From Amoebidium appalachense (Eukaryota > Protista > Ichthyosporea): 64,000 nucleotides of DNA. Below the pieces are notes generated by a model that was given only the letters and a program-made list of their open reading frames with translations, was not told the DNA's origin and ran no database searches. The stretch covers positions 1,736,001 to 1,800,000 of the forward strand of contig CAVNZM010000010.1 of assembly GCA_963693365.1 (NCBI GenBank). Reading direction: 5' to 3'. The translations under genes and the position numbers were made by a program. This document shows, in pieces, positions 1 to 47,012 of this stretch. Position 1 is the stretch's first letter, and each line of letters begins with the position of its first letter.

Positions 1-147
1 TATATATATATTGGGGGGGGGGGGGGGGGGGGTTATGGGCACGGGTGGTGTTGTGTATGTGTTGGGGGGGGGGGGGGGGGGGGGGGGAGGCAAGTACTTG
101 CACCTGTCCGTGTAGACGAGCACACACACGTGCACGCACACACACAG

Positions 148-11163
<11,016 letters not shown>

Positions 11164-11191
11164 GCAATTTATCCTTTGCGGAGGGAGGGGA

Positions 11192-11265
<74 letters not shown>

Positions 11266-11710
11266 TGCACACAAATAGAAAGCTGTGCTTACCATCAAGA
11301 CACCCTTACCCTCACCCTTGTATTGTTTTTTTTGTTTGTTTGTTTGTTTTTTTTTCCCCCTGACCTTTTGTTTGTTTCTTTGTTTGCATTTCTTCTACAT
11401 TTATGGTAATAATCAAACTGTCAGACGGGAAACGAACCGGCGAAGTCAGGAAATACTTATGACTGAACCATCTGTTTGCCGACAGTCATGGCTGTATATA
11501 ATCAATATGAAAAAACATAACATATATGAAGATTTTATTAGTGTGTATGTATCGTTTAGTGATTGCAACTTTCTGTATTTCTTTTAACCACATGTCTTTC
11601 TTGTTCGCTTGTTTTTTTTTCTTGATTTTCTTGATTTCCTTTTCGTGTTGTTGGGGTCGGGTGGGGTGGGGTGTGTTGGTGTGTTTTGTCGTTGTTTTTT
11701 GTTTTTTGTT

Positions 11711-11757
<47 letters not shown>

Positions 11758-12270
11758 TAGATTAGTATTAAACGAGTGTACTTGTCCTCTAATGTTTCTG
11801 AAACTGTTTCTTTTCCAACACATGGACGATCCTGTTAGTGTTAACATATATTTATAACAGGGTTGTGGGATTATGATGGTGGGTGTGGGTGCACTTGTGT
11901 GTGTAGTGTAGCGTTTGGGTAGGAGATATGTAAAAGAAAAAGGAAAAGCCTCATTGGAACAGAAAATTCAAAAAATTCGAGCTATCTAACAGATAAAATA
12001 CGACGAGATATATGTTCCTTTCCTCTTATAATTGTTGCTTAAGTTCATTCGGGTATGAAAAACTGATTGGGCCAGTTACCTGCCGCTCTCACAATATCTA
12101 GAATTAACCGTTAAACCTACTTAGATATTCCGGATATCCCACAAATGAATACGAATAAATTGTGTAAGTGTGATAATCACAGTTGGAAATTCTCCCCCGT
12201 GTGTGCTCAATTGCCCAATCGGATGCTACCAAACTCCCAACGTCTGTGTTGTGTCTCCGACCGGGTGGGT

Positions 12271-13567
12271 TGTTGGAAGTAGAGTCCGCTGTGACTAGGG
12301 TCGTCGTGGCGCGCTTGGGCGCTGACCCGTTTTTTTACTGCTTTCAGTGTGTTAACTCCATGACTGAACTCCATGACTTAACTCCATGACTTAACTCCAT
12401 GACTGAACTCCATGTCTGAACTCCATGTCTGAACTCCATGTCTGAACTCCATGACTTAACTCCATGACTTAACTCCATGACTGAACTCCATGTCTGAACT
12501 CCATGTCTGCACCTGGCAGAGACGTGGCTTATATACCCGTGGGGCAGCAGTCTGGAATGTAATCCGGATGCCAGGTGCTAATCGGATTGGTTACTTTCAT
12601 TTAGAGATCTCTGGGACCAGTGAACCAATCGTTTGCAGTCAAAACACAATTGGCAACATTCCTCAACTATGCAGATGTGCATGTGGTGATCGAGTGTCAG
12701 CGTGTGTCTGTGTACACGGAACCAATTGTAAAGCTAACATACACATATTGTGGAGTGAGCGTAAGTCTGCACTCCAACACCCCTACCCAATTGGAGAAGT
12801 GTACACACCACTGTAGAGAAGAGAGAGTGAGTGTGGCTGCTTGCAGGGTAGACCGGGGTGTGCATTCCACTGTGGTGCGTGCCCCGCCAATGAAGTGGAA
12901 TACTTGACGTTGATGTCGCAGGCTGCTGCGGATGGAGTTTGTGGAAGCGAAAGTCTCTACTTCACGGAAATACGCTCGCGGGTGTAGGGTACAGCCTAGA
13001 AGTCGGTTTCTGGGCTCCTCCGTTCAAGGCGTCGTAGGGGACGTGAAGTTAGAGGCCGCGGTGTCGTGTCTGGGCCCATAACCCTGTTGGAAGTAGAGTC
13101 CGCTGTGACTAGGGTCGTCGTGGCGCGCTTGGGCGCTGACCCGTTTTTTTACTGCTTTCAGTGTGTTAACTCCATGACTGAACTCCATGACTTAACTCCA
13201 TGACTTAACTCCATGACTGAACTCCATGTCTGAACTCCATGACTGAACTCCATGACTGAACTCCATGACTTAACTCCATGACTTAACTCCATGTCTGCAC
13301 CTGGCAGAGACGTGGCTTATATACCCGTGGGGCAGCAGTCTGGAATGTAATCCGGATGCCAGGTGCTAATCGGATTGGTTACTTTCATTTAGAGATCTCT
13401 GGGACCAGTGAACCAATCGTTTGCAGTCAAAACACAATTGGCAACATTCCTCAACTATGCAGATGTGCATGTGGTGATCGAGTGTCAGCGTGTGTCTGTG
13501 TACACGGAACCAATTGTAAAGCTAACATACACATATTGTGGAGTGAGCGTAAGTCTGCACTCCAACA
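12271..13567 (-). mobile_element. Non-autonomous copia-type LTR retroelement (TRIM-like)
   Basis: LTRs 12271-12779 and 13085-13567 with TGTTGGA...TCCAACA ends; 5-bp TSD TGGGT at 12266-12270 and 13568-13572; minus-strand PBS GGTTATGGGCCCAG (13083-13070), the copia-type site for half tRNA-iMet; purine-rich GGGTAGGGG next to the other LTR; 305-bp internal region with no gag/pol. Confidence 0.92.
12352..12507. repeat. 13-bp minisatellite (T[T/G]AACTCCATG[A/T]C) x12 inside the LTR; x10 in the second LTR (13166-13295)
   Basis: Units counted directly; the 26-bp LTR length difference (509 vs 483 bp) equals two units. Confidence 0.93.
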
Positions 13568-13618
13568 TGGGTGTGTGTGGGTATTACGTATACGAAAGCC
13601 CCAGTGGTGGTGGTGGTG

Positions 13619-14074
13619 TGTAAACTTTGATGCGTTTCGGGGACACAAAATTTGGCATGGCGGATTGGGGATTCGAACCTCAATCCTCGCGGCTGCGAGC
13701 TGGGAGTTCTAACCGCTGGGGGAAAAGGTACGCGCGCTGATGGTTGATCCATCATGCGACTTTTGTTCCATTCGAGTGTGAGTCAAGTATATAGCGAATA
13801 CAGAGTGGATCTGTATGTTAGCGAGCACGCGAACGGCGCGAGTTTACATCATCCCCACAAAGGGCGAAGTAGTCTCGGGGGGGTTTACGCTGTTTACTCG
13901 AGGCAAAGAGAACCAGTCTCAGGTATGGGGGGGGGGGTTTTGCTCGGAATATCCCCTCAGCGGTATATCATGATCACGTACATAGATGTCGGGTGGTGAC
14001 TATATATCAGGGTTTACTTTCTCTACGAGACACCATAAAGACTACAAGGAGAAATCAATTAGTTGGGGTTCCCC

Positions 14075-14134
<60 letters not shown>

Positions 14135-14166
14135 GGGCTCCCCTCGGGACACTCGGTATCAGCTGG

Positions 14167-14233
<67 letters not shown>

Positions 14234-15230
14234 TGTGTGTGTGTGCGCGTGCGCTATAATTTTGTAGTGATGTGTTTCTCAAGCCAATCAATACATCTAA
14301 TAAACAGGTCGTAGTTACGCGTGTTTAGTATAAAATCAAGGATGTTGTAATTTACAGGTAGGCTATCTTTCTGGGTGTCTGTTGTGAATGTGACGTGTGT
14401 GTGTTGCGGTATTATGTGGTCTATCAAACTACATTTGGCGATACATGACCGGCCTCGAGACCCGATTGGTCACAACCCTACCAATCAGAGTCCGTGCTGC
14501 TTGTGGACCGGTGCATGCGCAATGAGGATATATATACGGGGACCGTCACCGGGACCCCTGTCTCTAGCGGGTAGAGACCGCACAGGCTGCCTGTGTGTGA
14601 CAGGGCTTACATCCTGCCTGCTAGCTTCACGGATGTAGCTGGGGTTGCCAGGGTCGCGTGAGCATCGCTGCAGTCACCTCATGCGCGAGGGGAGCGGTCA
14701 ACGGAACCTGGGCGGACCAGGGCGTTACCCGTGACGTCACCCTGTGCGGTCGCAGGGTCGCAGACCTACTTGCGCAAGTGAGGACCTGGCTTTCAGCCTG
14801 ACGGTCAGTCTACCCCACGTTGGGCGCGAATGTAAACTTTGATGCGTCTCGGGGACACAAAATTTGGCATGGCGGATTGGGGATTCGAACCTCAATCCTC
14901 GCGGGCCCGGGTACCATATCAGGAGCGGGCAATTTTTGAATTCTCCCTCCCCGGCCCCGCCGGGGAAAATTTGAGGTTTTTGGACCTCAAAGAAGTCAAA
15001 TCCTGCAAAATCCACTACCGGGAGGCCAAAAAGGGTGATTTCACAAAAAAGGAGGGTCATACAATCCTCGCGGCTGCGAGCTGGGAGTTCTAACCGCTGG
15101 GGGAAAAGGTACGCGCGCTGCAAGTTGATCCATCATGCGACTTTTGTTCCATTCGAGTGATCAAGTACATAGCGAATACAGAGCGGATCGATATCTTTGT
15201 ATGTAAGCGAGCACGCGAACGGCGCGAGTT
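13619..15230 (-). mobile_element. Non-autonomous LTR retroelement with tRNA-derived sequence inside the LTRs
   Basis: Direct repeats 13619-13848 (TGTAAACT...AGTTTACA) and 14831-15230 (terminal TACA lost, extra 157-bp insert); minus-strand PBS TCGCGCCCAACGTGGGG (14829-14813), one mismatch from the tRNA-Lys(CTT) PBS TGGCGCCCAACGTGGGG; PPT-like GTGGGGATGA before the other LTR; sits in a (GGT)n tract; no gag/pol seen. Confidence 0.85.
13653..13731 (-). other. Degenerate tRNA-like module (Pol III A and B boxes) in the LTR; second copy ~14865-15111 is interrupted
   Basis: Minus strand CAGCGGTTAG (A-box-like, 13718-13709) about 30 nt before GGTTCGAATCC (B box, 13679-13669) in a T-arm-like stem, ending ...CCGCCATGCCA; acceptor and anticodon stems do not pair well. 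Confidence 0.75.
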
Positions 15231-16231
15231 GGTGGTGGTGGTGGTTGGCATAGAGCTCTGAGAGAGAGAGAGCGAAGGAAAAGGGTGGGGTGGGGGGGGG
15301 GGGGGGGGGGGGGGGGGAGCAGCTGTGAGAGAGAAAGCCTTCGGAGAGAGAGAGAGGGAGGGGGAGAGAGTGTGTGTGCGTTCGTGTGTGTGTGTGTGTG
15401 TGTGTGCGTGTACATGTGCGTGTGTGTGTGGGTGTTTGATGGTGCCTAGGATGGTAATTGATCTGAGTCAGCCGCGCCACAAGTGAGGAAGATGTCTGCA
15501 GATATCGATCCAATTGATTGTTGGAACTGGATGTGTGTCCGTACACAGAGAGAGAGTGTGTGTGTGTGTGCGTGTACGTGCATGTGTTTGTGTGTGCATA
15601 TTTGTAGTGTTTGGTGGATGGGTGTGTGTGCAGGCTGATCAAGAGTGCCACAGTGTCACGTGTGTGCAATAACATGTGCACGTGTGTGTTTTTTTTTTCC
15701 TGGGCCGACTTGACTCTGTTTTGGAAACACCTGCCAGTGGGCCCTCTGCTAAAATCTAGAGTTGCAAATTCGTGCTGCACTCCCCCCCCCCCCCCCCCCC
15801 CCCTCCCCCCCCCCCCCCCTTCCCCCCCCCCCCCCCCCCCCCCCCCCCCCGCCCCCGGGCGCCGAATTCCACTGAACACACAAGCAAAAAAAAAAAAAAA
15901 AATCGCACTGCTGGGTGGGTGGGTGGGTGAGAGGGTATGTGTGTGTGTGTGTGTGTATGTGGACATGTGGGGGGGGGGGGGGGGGGGGGGATTCGAGTCA
16001 TGATGTGCACGGGTCGGTATGCAGGAACGTCTAGACCCTTGGAAGGGCAGCCTTCTAGCATATCCTCTTAAACTGTTTGTGTTGCCTTCTGAAAGGTGGT
16101 GGATATATGTGTGCTGTACATTTATGCATATGCTAAGGTCTGAACAACAGAATAATTATCTGCGTTAACGCCGTGTTGTTATATTATGTGTTTGGGCCCG
16201 TGTGTGTGTGTGTGTGTGTGTGTGTATGTAA

Positions 16232-16272
<41 letters not shown>

Positions 16273-16689
16273 AAATAGCGCAAATCTAGTGCGAACACCA
16301 AACGTGTGTGTGGGTGTCCTGTGTGTTTCGTCCCGCTATGTAAGCTGCATCCAATTCTTGGCCGATGAGCCCAGTCACAAGACGTATAATCACTGTGCGT
16401 GAAGTACACCAAATTTTAATTTTAAACCATATAAATACATTTTGCCATTGTACACAAATGTGTGCGGCAACTGTTACATTCTATCACATGTGCACAGCAT
16501 GATTTCCTTTGATAAGAACAAGAGGGCAAGCAGAGGGCATTAACTTAAATCAGCAATTAATCTAAATTAGAAAAATCCAAACTAATAAGAGTAACGCTTG
16601 CTTGTTGATCAGTCTATAATATCAGGTGGGGTGTTTTTGCTGTGCATACATGACATAGTGGGCGTGCACCACGGGAGCATTAGAAAGTC

Positions 16690-16764
<75 letters not shown>

Positions 16765-17108
16765 TCACGTGTATGTGTGTGCAAGGTTTCTCGTCCATAT
16801 CCGTTGTAATCAAACATGGGCAAAAAGCTCAACCGAGCCTCATTCAAAGCTTCACGCAAACAGTCACTCCCATACTCGAAACTTTGTGCATCTCAATTGT
16901 GTACAGGGCGTTGAATCTTCCATGTTGTCACCTGCTCAAAGATTTTACCACTTCATCATATTTTTATCATACCTTAGGAAAGTGGCCGCTGGGATGACAT
17001 GTTCACTACAGCCCCCCTTCCCCCCCCCCCCCCCCTCTCCCCCCTAACCTCCCCCACTCTCCCCCCTCCACCCCCTCCCCCCCCTTCCCCTCCACCTCCA
17101 CCCCTCTC

Positions 17109-19133
<2,025 letters not shown>

Positions 19134-19313
19134 TTTCCCTGCTGAGTTGTTGGCGAATTAAAAAAAAAGAATTTAAGTTGTTCACTGTGATTATGTATAG
19201 TGAACAACTATTTTTTGTTTACTGTGAGTGTATGCTCAACTGAATAGGCTTGCGGAGCTCGAGGTTCCTGACTTGTTCTTGGTGGAGGGGGGTAAACGTT
19301 CGATGGTGTCCCA

Positions 19314-19767
19314 ATGATTCAGGTTACGATATTCCGAGAGTCGGGGTGTGATCTGATTGGATGACGACACGACCTTTAACTTCAGTTAGTCTTGCCGTGA
19401 TTGGCCTAGAGCGCACTCACCGAAATAACCAGGCTATGGACATTTCTATTGGGTTAGAGGAATCGAATAACCGGGTTAATGGGTGAGTGCGCAGCTAGCC
19501 AATCAAAGCGATCACTAGGAAAATGTAAGCCTGAAATGTGAATGTAATGATATATGAATCAAATAACCGAGTTAAAGTTTGCATAATGTATCAATAAAGT
19601 GAATTTTTTATGGGTCATATCGTAACCGGATCATGTCGGCTCGTGTCCTCGCTCGACCTCGTTATTTCGGCTCGCCTTGTCGATTATTTTGGCTCGCCTA
19701 TCGGCTCGCCAAAATAACCGACGGCTCGCCGAAATAACTTCGGTTTCGCTCGGCCACTCGCCCCATG
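19314..19767. repeat. Inverted-repeat element ending in a branched GG-CTCG-CC palindrome; probable non-autonomous DNA element
   Basis: GGTTACGATAT (19322-19332) is inverted at 19617-19627; imperfect palindrome 19632-19767; recurring AATAAC(C) motifs. Confidence 0.55.
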
Positions 19768-21563
19768 ACTCCTGATTAGTCATTTCAACAGTCACGGTCC
19801 TCGCGGAGAGGGCCGTGGGAGAGCCTCTCTCGAGACTCTGAGTCTGAGGGGTGAGTGCATATTATTATGTACTGGTTATCAGCCTGTACACCATAAATGC
19901 ATAATTTTCAAACGTTGTTTATTAGTGAGAAACTCCTATGTAATAACGAATCATGAAATAAGCGAACGGCGATTGAAAACGAAACGATCATGAATGATGA
20001 TCGCGGTGATATCGGTCGCGAGGAATGAAAGACACACCCAACAAGGCGAAACACATGATTCTTGCAATAGGAACTGAGTAACCCCCCATGACATATGTTA
20101 TTATTATATAGAAAGTTATATTTTGGAGGGAAATACCAACTCAGTGAGTTAGGCTGTGATAATTTATAGAACTTTCATTCACACTGATGATGGTCATGAT
20201 GTCATTGATGACAGCCTGTATAGTCATCTTATCGTCATCGTAAGTATCACTTGATTGGCTTACAAATCAATATTTTATTGGCTAATTAATTCTTGTGTTT
20301 TCAAGGCTGACTCAGGACTCGCTGCGGGAGTCAGGATGAAAATGCAAATGTGTGTTTACATTTGTCCTACCTACTCAGTCATAAAAAAACATACAAATCA
20401 CGACTTCAAATTTGACACGAGCCCTTCCAAAAATTTAACCCTCTCTAGCCCAAAATGGATGACTCAGGATACTCAGGTACATATTCATTTACAGAAGTAC
20501 CCACTCGAGCTCTTCGATCGCGAACACGGCCGTGGACACTCATCCTGGACATTGCACTGCCTGCACTGTCATTCGTGCACAGAAACCTTTTCATTTTTTA
20601 AATCCCAGACCACCACTTTTTCTCCACCCTCTATGTCTTTAAACTCCTTTTGCTCTCGGTTGCGTACGTATTCTTCGACAAAGTTAAACGTTTAATTTTC
20701 CTTCAGGCGTTCCATGATCATGACACAGACGTATGCCTAGAACACTGGCTCCTCGAGATCCGCAACCAAAACAATACCGGAGAGGCCTCCTCGCGTTAAC
20801 CGGAGCCGTATATACGCATCGTTGTTGCGATCGTGTTGCGAATTGTGGTTCTGGCTATCCAAGGGGAACAGAGAAAAAGCAGCCAAAACAAAACACTGTC
20901 GCAACCTCCGCATATAAATCATTGGCTACAGTACAGTAGTGTAACCTATTGAGGAGAACATTAGCGCTACAGGTTTTATAAGTTAATCAGAGCAAGAAGC
21001 ATAATAATTGAACAGAGTCATTTCAATCTCTCTCGCCGCGAGAGTGTTTGAGACCCTGCCTGCAGTTATTGTTACCTTTTTTGGTCGTAACACAATTGTT
21101 AATTTCTGTACGGCGCTCCGGTCGTCAAAGATAGGCCTCACAGATCTTGCTTGCTGAGCTTCGCGTGCACATGCGTGACCATTCGTATGTATTGTTCAGT
21201 ATTGTTCGGTAATTAGCTTTGTGCATGCGCAGTACACAACTTTTTGCTCCCTTTTTTTTTTTTTTTTTTTCTTTTTTTTTTTCTTTTTTTTTTTTTCCCC
21301 CTGGGTGGGTGCACGTGGGCGGGCGGGCGGGGCGGGCGGGTGGGCGGGGGAAGAAGGGAAGGGGGGGGGGGGGGGGGGGGGGGGGGGAGGGGGGGGGGGG
21401 GGGAATCAGCCCCCCAAAAAACTGATCAATTAAAGTAACCACATTAGATTGGCGCCGTGCGCGCCTGGCTGCTTTGCTTCCTTCCGTCGAGGCTGGCACA
21501 GTGCGTTCTTCCCAAGACATCATCTACTAGTAAAGGTCATACAGAAGACATACAAAGCTATAA

Positions 21564-22084
21564 GGGATTTTTGAATTTGAAATGTGGGGGGGGGGGGGGG
21601 GGAGAGTAGTAAATATCGACGTCCCCCCTGGTGGTACCCCCCTCCCCCTCCTCCGGGGGGGGGGGGGGGGGGACCCAGCCGGTGGGTCCTCCCCCCTCCC
21701 CAAGGTAGCCGCACGGGTGGGTGGGACCCCCCTCCCCCCCCCTCGAGCTCGGGGGGGGGGGGGGGAAGGGACCCACCTGGCCGAGTGGGGTGGTGGGTCC
21801 CCCCCCCCCCCCCCCCCCCCCCCCCTTCCCCCCCTGCATGCGCGTCACAAGAGTCTCCGAAGTTTCCACCCACCAAAGACGGTATTCGTTTTGGCCACTG
21901 ATGCAATGCCATATCCCCCTCCTCTTCCCCCGCCCCCCTCCCCCCTCCCCCCTCCCCCCCCCCCCCCCCCCCCACACACACCCCCCCCCCATAACACACA
22001 CACACGTGCACACACACGCACCACACACGCGCGCACACCCATACATGCACACACACACGCGTGCACATGCGCGGCCGTACACGC

Positions 22085-22128
<44 letters not shown>

Positions 22129-22166
22129 GTACACACACCGTCACACATATATGTACACACACAATG

Positions 22167-22211
<45 letters not shown>

Positions 22212-22263
22212 CACACGCACACACACCCACACACACAGATACACGCGCGCGTATACACGTGCA

Positions 22264-22294
<31 letters not shown>

Positions 22295-22369
22295 CCGTAC
22301 ACGCACAGGCACACAGGCACACACGCACACACACGCACACAGTGTCACACAAACACACACGCGTACACA

Positions 22370-22407
<38 letters not shown>

Positions 22408-22434
22408 GTGACACGCTTCCCACCGTTCGTGCCC

Positions 22435-22473
<39 letters not shown>

Positions 22474-22857
22474 GAGGGGAGGGGAGGGGAGGGGGAGGAG
22501 GGGGGGGGGGAGGGGGGGGGGAGGGGGGGGAGTATGACCGTATGGCATAGCCTGAGTTGCAAGTGATCAAGGAATTCAGTAGCCTCAATGTTTACATTTT
22601 GGCATTGTATACATGTAAACTGCTGCTGATTATAGTATTGTGTGGTCAGGTTGTCTGATATATTATTAAGCTTTCACATGATGTCAGCCAATGGGGTGGG
22701 TGGGTCCCCCCCCCCTCTCCCCCCTCCCCCAGGGGGAGGGGAGGCCCACTCCGGGCTCTCCCCCCCCCCCCCCCCCCCCCTTTGGACAGGTGGGTCCGCC
22801 CCCCTCCCCCCCCCCCCCCCCCCCTCCCCCCTCCCCCGTTTCAAAATCAAGAATCCC
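21564..22857. mobile_element. PIF/Harbinger-type MITE
   Basis: Imperfect TIRs GGGATTTTTGAATTTGAAA / TTTCAAAATCAAGAATCCC, TAA on both flanks (21561-21563, 22858-22860); GGG-starting TIRs with a TWA TSD are typical of PIF/Harbinger; interior is microsatellite-rich with repeated GGTGGGTCC motifs and no transposase. Confidence 0.72.
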
Positions 22858-23956
22858 TAAGGGAGGAAAAAGAGAGAAGAACCAGGTTCGGTAAGACTCG
22901 TGGAGTGTCGTTAGGTATGCAAGCAATATTATATTCTGCAACGTTGCACTTGCTGTGGCCGCATTTTGCAGGGGGCAGGAATGGACGGTGGCGAAAAAGC
23001 ATTCCGACACGTTCAAAAACGGGGAATTTCAAAATACAAAGGATCCGAGTATGCATTGTGGGGAGGGGGGAATGTGCTGTTTATTAACGACATGTAGGTG
23101 GGCTGTGATGAGGTGTCGACACCAAGGCCAACAGTACTATATATAATATGGTTTGGCGTGCGAGGCGGCAAGTACAATTGGTGTTTGTGTATGGCTCGGC
23201 GACGATAACTTTTTACATTTCCGGGCAGTGAGGGTCATAGGACATGTACAGCAGGATTACAAAATGAGTATGGAGCAAGAACAACAGAATTATCACATAG
23301 AAACAATACCTTGGATTTGAATAAGGCTATCCGCTTATAGACATGGGAAGACGGGCACACCCACGTGCACACCTGCACGATACCAATGCACATATGGGCT
23401 TATAAATAGCCGATTTAGGTGGTAAATACAGGTAGGCTTCTAAATCATATAAATAGCTAACTTAAGTGGTAAGTTCCAAGTCAACTACGCTGTGCACGGC
23501 CTGTTAGGCTTTATTACGAAAAGGGACACATTATGTATACTAGCATATGGGTAGTGTAACAGTTACATACAAATGCGATTAATCTTAGAACCGGTTTGCC
23601 ACTTTCTCATTATATCTGTACGAGCACAAAACTTTGTTTGTTAATTTATGTTGGTATAGACTCTCCTCCCTCGAAGTTTATTTCTGAATATTGTCGGAAA
23701 ACGGGGGGATTTTTCATTTTACAAAACTACACTAGACTACCATGCTCCCAGTACCCCCCGACATGTAACTGGCAAACGCCACAGATTACGACATTTTTAT
23801 AGAGTAGCAGAGCCCATGATTGCCCACGGTTACAACCACACAGCTCATAACCGGTGACATGTGACTACATAGTGCAGTATACTTCATACATAATGACGTC
23901 ACATCTGGAAAAGGCCGACCCCACACCCCTTAAAGCAACGACATTAACGTTTTCCC

Positions 23957-47012
<23,056 letters not shown>

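Noticed and set aside
31-40. GGTTATGGGC resembling a copia PBS
   Set aside because: Only 10 nt match and no adjacent LTR.
13653-13731. Functional tRNA gene
   Set aside because: Acceptor and anticodon stems do not pair and the module is part of an LTR.
21520-21545. Helitron-like CTAG terminus
   Set aside because: No subterminal hairpin or matching 5' TC end; the nearby boundary is explained by the Harbinger TIR.
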